DNA of 64,000 bases from Selaginella moellendorffii (taxonomy: Eukaryota > Plantae > Lycopodiophyta): contig NW_003314304.1 in assembly GCF_000143415.4 (NCBI RefSeq), positions 988,047-1,052,046 on the forward strand, read 5' to 3'. Positions within the stretch are counted from its first letter, which is position 1, and the number at the start of each line of letters is the position of its first letter. The translations under genes and the position numbers were made by a program. Positions 42,889 through 55,769 of the stretch are shown here, one piece after another. Below the pieces are notes generated by a model. That model searched no databases and had not been told where the DNA came from. It saw only the letters and a program-made list of their open reading frames with translations.

Positions 42889-43481
42889 TGTAAGCAACCA
42901 AAGAGAACGACTTGAGAGATAATCTATGGGGTCCAAATATAGAGGGAAAGGGCCCATGAATAAGAGTGCACCCCCTTTTCCAATCGGTTAAGGGTTTTGG
43001 GATACTTGGGGTTAAGCGTCCTTGGGTTTGAATAGTACTGGGCTGCGTGACCTCCCAGGAAGTCCAAACTCAGAAGCTTACATTTGGTATCAGAGGGGTC
43101 TCGGGTCCGACTCTGTTGGTTGGCTAAGGGAATCACACGACATGTTGATTGACATCTGGCTGGTCTAGTTTGCTCCCGCTAGGCTCGACTTGAGGGGTAG
43201 GGTGTCAAGAGAGCGAGGCTCTCGGGAGAGCTGTGGCTCTCAGCTTCCGTTCACGAGGGTGTGAACTTGTAGGGAAGCGTGGTGGATTGTAAGCAACTAA
43301 AAAGAACGACTTGAGAAATGATCTATGGGGTTCAAATATAGAGGGAAAGGGCCCATGAATAAGAGTGCACCCCCTTTTCCAATCGGTTAAGGGTCTTGGG
43401 ATATTTGGGGTTAAGCGTCCTTGGGTTTGAATAGTACTGGGTTGGGTGACCTCCCAGGAAGTCCAAACTCAGGAGCTTACA
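42889..43481 (+). mobile_element. Cassandra TRIM (593 bp) with 5S rRNA-derived segment in both LTRs
   Basis: 194-bp LTRs at 42889-43082 and 43288-43481, PBS TGGTATCAGAG, TSD GCAGG. The LTR contains GTTAAGCGTCCTTGGG..TAGTACTGGGTTGGGTGACCTCCCAGGAAGTCC. The empty site is visible in copy 1 at ~35178. Confidence 0.92.
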
Positions 43482-43507
43482 GCAGGAATATAGAGAGAGA
43501 AGCTAGA

Positions 43508-43730
43508 GGCCCCAACCCTCCTAAGCAAAGAAACTAAACCCATCGGTAAGGTTTAGATAGACTACTGTAAATAGGCAGTTAGAGTTGTTTACACAGTCAC
43601 GCCCTTTCAACGGAATAAGGCCCCAACCCTCCTAAGCAAAGAAACTAAACCCATCGGTAAGGTTTAGATAGACTACTGTAAATAGGCAGTTAGAGTTGTT
43701 TACACGGTCACGCCCTTTCAACGGAATAAG
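43508..43730 (+). repeat. 111-bp tandem duplication inside LTR element copy 2
   Basis: GGCCCCAACCCTCC...CGGAATAA starts at 43508 and again at 43619. Single in copy 1. Confidence 0.9.
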
Positions 43731-46700
43731 GAACATTGACAAAGGGGCGAGTTATGTGACCAGTCGACAGTAGCTACCCCATGACTAGAGATTTCACCAT
43801 ACACACGAAGTGTCGAAGCCAGTTTGCCCATTACTGGCCCAAAGTCAAAGATCAATAGATGGACAATATCAAAGTCATAGACAATGATATCTTAGAGTCT
43901 TAATTATCAGTGAATATATCTTAGATTAGAACACAAAAGTATTCCAAGTAAGTTATCATCCAATAAACTAGTAGTTGAGTATAGGAACCACCAAGATCAT
44001 CAAAATTGGTAAACACAGGATTCACCATCCAACAAAATTCAATAGCAAGTATATCATCAAGTAAACTCAATGATGAAACTTAACTACCGAAGATAGCAGA
44101 CAGTAAGCCAACAACTTACTAAAAATAACTCAAAGAACATAAAGTATCATTGACTGACAAGCACAATACTCACGAATGTATCACCTGAAGGAAATAACAT
44201 CCCAACCTATCAGAAAGAACTCAAGCAATAATCAACAGAATAGAATGAATATAGTAAGACTAACAAACACTCATTCATGTCAACTATCATACTAGCCAAT
44301 TTGAATAGATCCCAATCAACAATACGAAGGAACTAAAGTTGCTTAAGCAAGTGTCAGCAACATCCTTTTGATGTCTCAAACCCAACAGACCAATCCAAGG
44401 CAAACCACAAGGAACATGTGGTATTGCGAAAAGCCACAAGCCATCAAAGAGAACAACTAACCATCATGAAAGATCATCAATCATCTCAATGATTGCTAGA
44501 TGCAAAAGCCAACTTCAACATCGAAGCTAATGAGCCAAAATGCCTTCCCCAACAACTTCTAACAAATGGAACAATGAGTATGAAAACTCAAGGAACCAAA
44601 AGTTTGAAGAAGCCTATAGCTAAGTCTTGCTTAATAATGATCACGAGTCTCATAAAAGCTAACTTCAATGCTAAAGAAGAAATCATGGTGCAACCCACAA
44701 TATCTTCTTCAACACATTCATAAGCCAAACTTCATAATGCCAAAGCTAATGAAGAGCATTTCTACATCAATCCAAAAGCTAAGCACAATGGAGCTATACT
44801 TAACAAGTGATCACCAAACCGATCCTCCATGAATCCATCTACAGCAAGACGTAATTCACCTCATAACAAGCACAAGAAAAATCATCAATGATCGATATAT
44901 CCCAACTGAAATCCAACAAGGATTCAATCACTTTAATACCAATCACTAACTCTTCTTCTTATATAGGTAGCATTGTCCACAACTAAATCACTTTTCAAGG
45001 AAAAGCTAAAGCTCAACCTCAACTAAGCAATCTTGTCTAGAACACAACTAACTCAACTTGCCACTCAATTCATTTGAACGTCAACACATTTACTAACTAG
45101 CAAATGCATGAATGCCAACAACACAAAGCTAAAGCCAAATCATCAACACTATTTTCATCAAGACTAATGAAACTCAATATCAATCCTTGGAAGGATATCT
45201 TATTTCACTCGAATCTCAATATCAACAATGTCAACGACAAGGCATCACTTCAATGCTATCAACACCATAACAAAACTAGAAAAAAGCAAGAGTGATTCAC
45301 CACCCAAAACTTTCTAGCAACCAAGCTAACCAAAGTCGAAGATACTATACTTAGTATCTAAGACCAATCCTTCAACAAAACTCAATTACAGATAACACAT
45401 CATCAAGGAGTGAATCACCACACCCAAGACTCAATGAAATCCAACACTATAGACCAAACATAGCCAAATGATATCGACAAAGGAATTGACATGCCAACAT
45501 GGAAAAACCATGCAAGCCTAATGACATGATCCTCTGCAACAGTATCCGGTAAAGCAAGCCCATCACTGCTAAATCATCATCGAGCAAAGCAAGTGTCAAT
45601 AGTCCTTGACAAAGTCTACAAGTAAACACTAGTCGCAAAGCAACCAACAATCACTCTTCAACTTGCCTTCACAAAACCCAAACACCAACTCTTATCATCA
45701 AGTTATATACTTGTCCAACATGAACGTGATACCCCAGGTACGAGATAAAAGTTCATAGACAAGCACAAACTAAATGACCACTCGAATCCAACTCAACCGC
45801 AATAAGCTCACTCAAACATTTAGCCACTAGCTCTAAGCATGCCTTGAAGAGGCTAGCTATGCATGATCAACACTCAGTCGAAACGAAAGTGAAGATCATG
45901 AGATGGACTCATATTGGTACACAACCTCCACTTAAACAAAGCTATAGTACGGGTACCAACATCTCAACCTCAAACAACTAAGTTGGACATCACCATCCTT
46001 AGCCAAGGCACAGGGCCACCAAGACTAAGTCAAGATCAGTGAGAGCTCACTACTCTCATAGAGTCTAATGAAATGCAAGGTGCAACCTGCCACCAAGCAC
46101 AACACTATAGAAGAAAGGCACAAAGGTCACCTTTCTTAGAAAAGCGCAACGGCCACTTTTCTACACCAACTCCAGACTCTATCCAACTCAATTCCCTTAG
46201 CTCCAAAAGTCAGCATCCCTTTCAGGTCACATCATACAAACTACCTACCAAGGTCTAAGCTAACCAAAGTCAACTCCAACCCTTCACTAGTTTGTACTGG
46301 CTTACGAAAACGGATTGATTTTCGAACAAAGTGATCAATAGATTAGCTATTGGAAAAGCCTAAGAAAATTTGTAAAAAATTTTCCATCCTAGAGAAAGAA
46401 TGACTCTCAGTCCAGGAATGCAAACTTTCAAGACTCAACCAACTTCCTTTTACCAACAACTTCACAAAGGTTCACCTCAACACTAATTCTCATGACCCAT
46501 AGTATGCTTAAGCCTTGAACGTCTTTACCCATATAACCAACATCGAACTTCGACATCCGCAAAATGCAAAGTGAACACCCAAGGCTTAATCACGAAAACC
46601 ACATCTTCAGATATCCACATTGCACTAACACTCTTCTTCAATCACCTTCAAGATCCAATGTGGAGCCAAAACACTAACAAGAAAAATGATATGGAAAATC

Positions 46701-49144
46701 AAGGTTTAAGGAGGATTCCTCATCACTCGAACAACAATGCCACTTCTACTAAGACAAGTGCTAGCGATGTCAATGCGTCAACCTCACACCTTCTCCATCC
46801 AATAATCTATTCCAAGTGCTAACGGATCAATAGATGAGCTATAGCAAATGAATGCTACAACCCATTCCCAACATCTTATAGGTAAACCCTCAAGGAAACA
46901 AGATACCAACTTAAGTTTAGTATAATGGACCATCACTGAGAATCCAGTTAAAGCTACCTCAATGCTACTTCGTACAAGTAGACTAGCTTCTCCATCAACC
47001 ACTTTGGGGTTGATCATCGTTTAACCAAGCAACTTCATAAACACATTACTCATTATCACATGGATATGATATAAGTATCACAATGACTTGATCATCAATC
47101 AAGCAACACTATGAGCAATGCCTATGTCATTACTTCAAAGGTTTATATGAATACCAAGTGTCAACTCGATTCGACAAAAAATGTAACATAAATGCCACAC
47201 CCCACCGATAGAGATTTACAACACCTGACACCACTAACTTTTGTTCACAACACGGACAAGCTTATGCCACTCTCTCTCTCTGACCAAACTCAACACTAAT
47301 CTAACACCAATAACAAGGTTCCTCGGAAAAGAATTGAGCATTGCAACCCAAGTCTTCCAATAGCAAGCCTAGACAAAATGGTATAGCACTTCACCGCTAT
47401 CCATCCCACAACTCACTATTGTAAAACCACCATCTCCAACATGCATCAAGATAGGGACTCTTGATTGCATGATGTGAACACAAGCAATGAGTTAACACCT
47501 CATTGTAGATCATCTCTCCAAGAAGAGAAAATGATTTACGTATTTGATCCTCTATCCCCGATGACTCTCTTTTCAGTCTTATCTTTGACCAAACCTCAAG
47601 CTTGCTTTCGCACTGCCTTCAGTTCAATCGAAGAAAAGTTTATGAGAGAGCACAGCTATGACTACTTGAACCAATAGACTAATCTCTATAGTTTTGATTG
47701 ATCCACTTATAATCATGCCTAAGAAGGATCCACTAGTGCCGTGCTAAACAGCTACGGACCAGCCTATTTGCCACTCATAGCAAACCCAGGGAAGGTTTAC
47801 TTCTCCCATGGTATAAGGAACAACTTATGGAACCAACGATAGGCTAACATTAATCCTGCCAACTCAAAGTGCAACCTTGAATTGCTAATGCGCCTTACTC
47901 ACGAGCCCAAGCGAAAACTCATGCTACTAGAACAACTCAATCCTTCTTATGAGCCCAAGAGCAAGCTCACATTATCAAGATACAAAAAGGTAACAAAAAC
48001 CATACCCAAGGAACAATTGCAAAGCCCTTTGCACCAAAATGTGTACCCACTCGGATCATCGTTTTCATCTCTACGTATGCAATGAGACTAGTTGCCCAAT
48101 CTCATTGGATAGTATCGCTGAGGCGTATCCTCTGATGCCAAATGTAGCGCACGTGGTTTTGACCCTTTATCCTATGGTGATTTACCATAGGATAACACCA
48201 CGAAGCGGAACCTAAACCCTCTTTGTGCCACGTGACAGATGCCACATGTCACATACCACATGTCCATGCCACGTGTCCATAGGAACCCGAGGTTCAGGGC
48301 TTTGGGCCACTGAACGAAGGAACGGTGCCAAACTCCCAAGCACGAAGCCAAGGAGTGACGGAACTGGACCACGGAGTAACTCTCGAGCATAAAGCCCAAG
48401 GAGCAAAAGGACAGGAGCCCGGAGCGACTTAGAACAGTCCTAGAGCAACCAACATCCCAATGCCAGGACCAACACGCAAAATGGAGCCAAACGGAGTTTG
48501 GCGCTATTTCGGCATACCAGTGGCCTAACGCGAGGACATGGGTACTCCACCAGCTAGCATGGTGTGGAACTTGGGCTTAGACCCAAGCCGGATGTAGAAC
48601 AAAGACAGGCACTCAAGCGGGAGCTAGACTATGCCTCAGGTTGGTCGGCCATGCCCGACCTACCCACTATCCCTACTATACATTTGGAACCCCCCACAGC
48701 CCCACCCCCCCTTGAGGAACACATGCTTTGGGCTTTCACCCCAAGCCTCCCTTAGTATCAGGAGTTAGTCTTTGGGACAAGATCGAAACTTACTAAATAT
48801 GGAATGTCCTTAGATTGTGAATTTGGACACGGGACGAATACCATTGTGTTCAGGCCGATCTCTACATTTCGTAGATATGCCAAATGAGCAAATCTGGACA
48901 CTTTCCATAAATAGCATTTGGGACCGAAATGAGACTAACACAAAGGGCATGATAGCAAGGGTGTTTGGCAGACACGGTAAGCTATCATCCAGCGATATTG
49001 AGGGATTAAACTCAATACGCAAGGGTTCTTGTCAAGCCAGGCAAAAGAGAACTAAGAGCCAGGCTGAGTATGCTCAGCTAGAAACACATAGGAGTTCACT
49101 ACCTTATGTCCATGCTGGCTAAGTACAGGTGCTAGAGCCCAGTT

Positions 49145-49244
49145 NNNNNNNNNNNNNNNNNNNNNNNNNNNNNNNNNNNNNNNNNNNNNNNNNNNNNNNN
49201 NNNNNNNNNNNNNNNNNNNNNNNNNNNNNNNNNNNNNNNNNNNN
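49145..49244. other. Assembly gap (100 N)
   Basis: Run of N. Confidence 1.
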
Positions 49245-49795
49245 CCGGCCCGCCCCCAACGGCCAAGTCCAAGTGCCTGTGCCGGGCACTTGGCGCGAGC
49301 CGGCCAAGGCACTTGGGGGCAGGCTGGTTCGCCGGCGAACCGGCCCACCCCCAAATGCCTTGACCGGCTTGCCCCCAAGTGCCTTGGCTGGCCCACGCCA
49401 AGTGCCTGGCACAGGCACTTGGACTTGGCCCTTGGGGGCGGCCTGGTTTGCCGGTGAACCAACCCGCCCCCAAGCGCCTTGGCCGGCTCACCCCCAAGTG
49501 CCTTGGCCAGCCCACACCAAGTGCCCGGCACGGGCACTTGGACATGGCGCTTGGGGGTGGGCTGATTTGCCGGCGAACCAGCCCACCCCCAAGGGCCAAG
49601 TCCAAGTGCCTGTGCCGGGCACTTGGCGCAAGCTGGCTAAGGCACTTAGGGGTGGGCTGGTTCGCCAGCGAACCGGCCCGCCCCCAAGTGCCACGTCTAA
49701 GTGCCCGGCACGGGCACTTGGTGTGGGCCGGCCAAGGCACTTGGGGGCGAGCTGGCCAAGGCGCTTGGTGGCGGGCTGGTTCCAAGTGCCCAGCC
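49245..49795. repeat. GC-rich palindromic array of the outer element, right part
   Basis: Repeated CCAAGTGCCCGGCACGGGCACTTGG-type hairpins, continuing the array at 41350-41818. Confidence 0.88.
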
Positions 49796-50099
49796 TGACT
49801 TATGCATTTTTAATTTATAATGAGTTTTTTTTATTTTCAGAAACGGAAGCAACTACAAAAGGAGAAGGATGTTGGATCAAAGAGAAGACATGAGGAAGAT
49901 GAGATCCAGGATGACAATTAAGTTGATTTTCAGATAAAGATTTCCATAGTGACAACTCTACCGTCTTCACAACCAAATAGCTCCTATCCACATGCACCCC
50001 CATTGTTGCCACCACTGCCATTGATGCCACCACCACCATTACCACCGCCACCACCTTCACCACCATTGCCACCTTTACCTTCATCACCACCATTACCAC

Positions 50100-50922
50100 T
50101 GTTAGGCACCAGGTCAAGATAATAGGATAAGGAAAGGGCCCTGCAATCAAGTGATCACCCCTTTAGCCAGTTGGCTTAGGGTGTAAGGGATAGGATCCTA
50201 ACATTGGTATTGGAGCCCAGTTCGATTCTCGTGGCTAACGAGTGGGGCAGGAATATTCTAAAAGGAATATTCAATATGGTGGATCTAGAGGGAGAACCAA
50301 GGTTTGGTAGACCCTACGAGAAGGACCATGGTGACCAGATGAGGGGCTAAGTATGATCGTGGACAATCATTCCCTAACGATGATGAGGATTGTTAGGCAC
50401 TAGGTCAAGATAATNNNNNNNNNNNNNNNNNNNNNNNNNNNNNNNNNNNNNNNNNNNNNNNNNNNNNNNNNNNNNNNNNNNNNNNNNNNNNNNNNNNNNN
50501 NNNNNNNNNNNNNNCGGTATCAGAGGATGTTAGAATCCTATCCCTTACACCCTAAGCCAACTGGCTAAAGGGGTGATCACTTAATTGCAGGGCCCTTTCC
50601 TTATCCTATTATCTTGACCTAGTGCCTAACAATCCTCACCATCGTTAGGGAATGATCGTCCACGATCATACTTAGCCCACCATCTGGTCACCATGGTCCT
50701 TCTCTTAGGGTCTACCAAACCTTGGTTCTCCCTCTAGATCCACCATATTGAATATTCCTTTTAGAATATTCCTGCCCCACTCGTTAGCCACGAGAATCGA
50801 ACTGGGCTCCAATACCAATGTTAGGATCCTATCCCTTACACCCTAAGCCAACTGGCTAAAGGGGTGATCACTTGATTGCAGGGCCCTTTCCTTATCCTAT
50901 TATCTTGACCTGGTGCCTAACA
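50100..50922. mobile_element. Inverted pair of TRIM elements (104-bp LTRs) spanning a gap
   Basis: + copy: LTR 50100-50203, PBS-like TGGTATTGGAGC, second LTR from 50391 into the gap. - copy: 50528-50922. ACCAC flanks both outer ends. Confidence 0.85.
50415..50514. other. Assembly gap (100 N)
   Basis: Run of N. Confidence 1.
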
Positions 50923-52559
50923 ACCACCACTGTCATCACCACCATTACCACCACCGCCGTCATCACCATTATTACCACCACCACTGCCACCATCATCACC
51001 ACTAGCAGCGTCATTGCAACCATTGTCATCACTACCATTGCTACCACAACCACAAATGCCACTACTTTTAACATATTCGCAAAATATGGCAGAAATTAGC
51101 TACATTACGAAGCAATGCCCAAGTGCGCCTAACAGGGGTGTTGGGCCCGAGCTGGGGGCTAGATCTGATAATGGTGCTATTAGAGGTGTAGTTGAAGCTG
51201 AAAGAGAAGTGGAACTACCTAAACACATTGTAGACAAGTACTTCCAAGAGACAGTTTTGAGAACCAAAGAGAAGGCCATTCACAAGACTCTAGAGTCTCT
51301 CAAGTGGGGGGATGGTCCAAAGTTGAGTTGAGCTCATGAGTTGAGCTCAATTCAGCGCAAGTCAATGTAAGTCAATGCAGTCAACTATAACTCTTACAAG
51401 GAAAATCTATGTTAAAAAAATTAAAGTTCTGATAAACTTTAAAATATTAAAATATATAAATACCTAGTTCAAAAGTTTCTACTAAATTGAGTTATTTAGA
51501 AAAGATAAAGTTCATGAGAACCTATCTATTTTCTTACTAAAGACTATCTTTACAACTATCATATTTTGATTTTCTTGCAATTTGTTAAAAAAACCTAAAT
51601 ATGAATCAAGATAAAATTTTTAAAGGGTAGCCATTAATAGTGTATATTGGTACTATTTCATTTATTCTATATTTCTTAAGTAAAATAAAAAATTTATAAA
51701 TAAGGCAAATCAATGTGAGAATATTAATTATCATAATCTTTATATTACACTCTTAGTCCTTATTACCCATCCGGGAATGTAAAGACTATTATCACTTTTG
51801 ATAAAAATGCTCATATTACCTCTAAAACAATAGTCTAGAACAAAAGAAATGAAGAAATGAACATAGCAAAAAAAAAAAAAAAAAACTAACAAATCTACTC
51901 TATAGAGCTTCCTAAAGAGTAATTTATATATTAATTCATATAAAAAAACTCTACTTGCCTTCCTACAGCACAATCCTCTTATATGAGAAGACCAAGGTAT
52001 ATTTTTGGGATGAATCCTCACTAGTATTTTTCAAGAGTTATTTGTGAATAATAATAATAGAAATCAAAATCTTTTAAAAGACTCAAAAGTGATATCACAT
52101 CAAAGAATCAAGTTTATCTACATTTCCAAGATTGAAAGATAATCTCATATAAGAGAATGCATATGGGCCTACGTGTTTGCATACTCTACTACTATAATAT
52201 AGTTTATATTTCTTTGTTGTGTATTTTTCTAGAAAGTTGGCACAAGTGTAGAAAAGAACATATATAGATGGTCATTAGAATGATAAATATTCTATCATGT
52301 GTATCTAGAATTCTAGAAGCTCTTCTATTCATAAGTAGGCTATGATTATGAAATCTCATTTTTGAGATTGACATTTCAAGAATCTGAGTATTATTAATGT
52401 CATAATAAATAAACCTCATTCCCAAGACTAAAAATTAATATATAAATGCCAAGAAAAGTTAGTTATTATAGTATTTTTATTATCCTTAAGCTCCTAAAAA
52501 ATTTAATATAGAAATGGCTCAAAGGAAAGTCATTACTACTCGTACATAAGTCCCTAACA

Positions 52560-53040
52560 CCTTATATTTGTCTCCACCTTCATCCCTAAAGTTTACTAAC
52601 ATTCCACATTCACCTCCACTATAACCACATTACAATCTTTTTTCTATTGTGGTTTTTATGAAGTTGAACTAGAGCTCCCTATATACAAAATTTTGAATAT
52701 TGTTACTAGAGAGGGATACCTCCAACACTTTAAAAGTAGTGCCACATGTTTTTGCAAGATCATGCTCTTAATATAACAAGACTGCTTAAAATCACAAAAT
52801 GCTATTATATTCAATGTCTAGTATGCTACTGTTTTTTTGGACAAGAAAAATGTCTTCATTACAAAATTTCCTTTAAGCACTATAGCAATTGCCTAACAAC
52901 AGGTCTAAAAGTGTGGATGTACAATAAATTCAAGAATAAATTATGAATACATACCCACTATTATTTCATGGTGAGGAATAATATCCCTTTGGGAAATAAT
53001 GCATTGGCTAGTGTAAACTATGGGTTTTTTAAGCTATTGA
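52560..53040 (+). pseudogene. Small Cys/His accessory gene remnant (inner element)
   Basis: MFLQDHAL...YYIQCLVCY...WMYNKFK...HYYFMVRNN, homologous to the copies at 61-62.3 kb. Confidence 0.7.
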
Positions 53041-53639
53041 CGAAGGGGAGTTTCCTCAAGTTGAAATCTACTACACCCAATCCATAGAAGAACTTACTCT
53101 TGATTTAGTGGGAATTAATGAATAAATTGAGAGTTTGATACTAAGATGCCCAATATGCCTTTTTTTTCTTGGGTCAGGATATTTTTATAGGCTTTTATAG
53201 TTTTCTTAAGCACTACTGCAACTACTATATAAAGGGTGTTATCACTTCATATATAATTGTTGACAAGATATTGAAGGATGAGATAGCAACACATAAGCAT
53301 TACAAATTGACAGTTGCATGTGAGAATACCAATTTGCAATTATAAAATATGATATTAACATTGACAACTATTCCTGACATTATTATTGACATTTTGATAT
53401 ATGACAGGATTTTCTTCTCAAATGGATTCATTTAACTTTCTTCTATCTCATCATCAATATATCATTTCCTTCTATGCCTTCTTCTATTGAGATTGTGCTT
53501 ATTTTGCATTTGTTAAGTTATAGATTTTGCATATTTTGGGAGACTTTTAAAACCTCTAACTCTAGGTGACTATGATCTATAAAACAAAACTAAACATGTA
53601 TTAAAATCTTAATAAATATAATTTACCTCCTTGAGGTTA

Positions 53640-53860
53640 GAGGTAGCTCTAAGCCAGTGTTTGAATAAATGATGTTCTTTAATAGCAAACACCGATCTAC
53701 TAGAATCATATGCTACCTCCACTATAGAACCATTACTTATTGTGCAATCAATCACAATATTATCTAGTGGGTAATAGAGCTCAAGAAAAACTTATATTCC
53801 TGATGGAGTTTCAAATCAATACCTAGGAATGTATTGCACATCTACTCAACCACAAGATTC
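53640..53860 (-). pseudogene. Remnant of the methyltransferase last exon (inner element)
   Basis: Reverse strand reads TPSGI*VFLELYYPLDNIVIDCTISNGSIVEVAYDSSRSVFAIKEH, collinear with 60390-60550. Confidence 0.8.
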
Positions 53861-53889
53861 GATATGATGTTAGTGGCACTATTGAGCTC

Positions 53890-54776
53890 ACCTGAGGCCA
53901 AAAACAACTCGAGGTGGTGAGCTTGAGTTGGACCTTGGGCAGTTTGGGAGTCCAGGGGCCGGAGGTTATTTGAATAACCTCGGGCCCTCGAGGCCAGAAA
54001 GTGCCCGAGGTGGGGAGCCGGAGCTGGACCTCGGGCACTTTCGGGGTCCCGGGGCCCGAGGTTATTTGAATAACCTCAGGCCCTCGAGGCCAGAAAGTGC
54101 CCGAGGTGGGGAGCCGGAGCTGGACCTCGGGCACTTTCGGGGTCCCGGGGGCCCAAGGTTATTTGAATAACCTCGGGCCCCCGAGGCCAGAAAGTGCCCG
54201 AGGTGGGGAGCCCGAGCTGGACCTCGGGCACTTTCTGGGTCCGGGGGCCCGAGGTTATTTGAATAACCTTGGGCCCCCGGGACCCCGAAAGTGCCCGAGG
54301 TCGAGCTCCGGCTCGCCACCTCGGGCACTTTCTGGCCTCGAGGGCCTGAGGTTATTCAAATAACCTCGGGCCCCCGAGGCCAGAAACTGCCCGAGGTGGG
54401 GAGCCGGAGCTCGACCTCGGGCACTTTCTGGCCTCGAGGGCCCGAGGTTATTTGAATAACCTCGGGCCCTCGAGGCCAGAAACTGCCCGAGGTGGGGAGC
54501 CGGAGCTCGACCTCGGGCGCTTTCCGGGTCCGGGGGCCCGAGGTTATTTGAATAACCTCGGGCCCTCGAGGCCAGAAACTGCCCGAGGTGGGGAGCCCGA
54601 GCTGGACCTCGGGCACTTTCCGGGTCCGGGGGCCCGAGGTTATTTGAATAACCTCGGGCCCTCGAGGCCAGAAACTGCCCGAGGTGGGGAGCCCGAGCTC
54701 GACCTCGGGCACTTTCGGGGTCCGGGGGCCCGAGGTTATTTGAATAACCTCGGGCCCTCGAGGCCAGAAACTACTT
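53890..54776. repeat. ~96-bp tandem array of double hairpins (about 9 units, one inverted)
   Basis: CCCGAGGTTATT-TG-AATAACCTCGGG and AAAGTGCCCGAGGT..ACCTCGGGCACTTT recur about every 96 bp. Confidence 0.95.
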
Positions 54777-55769
54777 GACCTATACCCTATTTTATTTTAT
54801 CAATAACATAAGATACATTCATATTATATGTGAATTTTTTAAAAATTTATAAATGATGGTATATTATTATATATATTAATATTGGTTTTCCCAATTATAT
54901 AGAAAGGATGCATTCTCAACAAGATTTCATACATATTTTGGATTTGTGACAGAACTTTAAATAGTATAAATCTGGTATGTTGTATTAATATATTAAATAT
55001 ATTGTATTATTTTAATCTATGAATGGATGAATCCTCATCCATAAATTTGTTTTATATTGTGTATGAACATAAATTATAGGCACATGCTCTAAATGTCATT
55101 GAGTAGTATTTGCATATATGGCTAAAATTCAACTCATATTGAGAATCAAAACTATGTCATTGAAGAATTATTATTACTAACATCACCTAACACTAAAGAT
55201 TTGACAAACTACTGATATTTTACACGTGATCAGATATTTTGGATCTCCATGCCAAAGCAAAATGTCATTACTATCATCACTAACAATCAAACTTCATATG
55301 CTAAAAACCTTTTCTTGGATTTGTGTGCATGTAATAGACAGTAGAACACATGATAATACTATCACACTTACACGTATTAGATATGCTATAGTATTTAGAT
55401 TATTGTACATTGTTATTATTCTTCTTATTGCTCTCCTTAAATCTTAATTTATGTTTCACTATAGATTTTTATAAGTAGCATAAGGGAGATAGAGAACTCC
55501 AAAACCTATAAAGAAGGATGAAAAGGTTCTTCTACATTTTTGAGATCATTCACTACTTTTGTTCTCTCAAAGTCATGTTTTTTAAAGTTTTTATGTCGCC
55601 ATTTTAATTTTTATCTTGGCTCTATTTTGTTAGAGGTTGTGATCCACAACAACACTAGTATGGTTGCTACTCAATGTTTTTTCTTTCTATTGTGGGCAAG
55701 GGTGGATAATAATAAAATTTGCAGAATTCAAAGTTCAAGGAGATTCAAGTTTTTGGATTTACAATAAAA

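Larger units (their letters stand above)
41819..49144 (-). mobile_element. Non-autonomous Ty3/gypsy-type LTR retrotransposon, copy 2 (5' LTR runs into gap)
   Basis: LTRs at 41819-42593 and 48143-49144+. PBS-like CCTCTGATGCCA at ~48129-48140. Internal region collinear with copy 1. Confidence 0.9.

Noticed and set aside
43010-43065. 5S rRNA gene
   Set aside because: Only the internal ~55 bp is present, duplicated within LTRs. It belongs to the Cassandra element.
50160-50180. tRNA A-box-like TAGCCAGTTGG in the TRIM LTR
   Set aside because: No B-box or cloverleaf. The match is too short to support.
53890-54776. CRISPR-like repeat-spacer appearance
   Set aside because: The 'spacers' are themselves repeated, there are no cas genes, and the context is eukaryotic.
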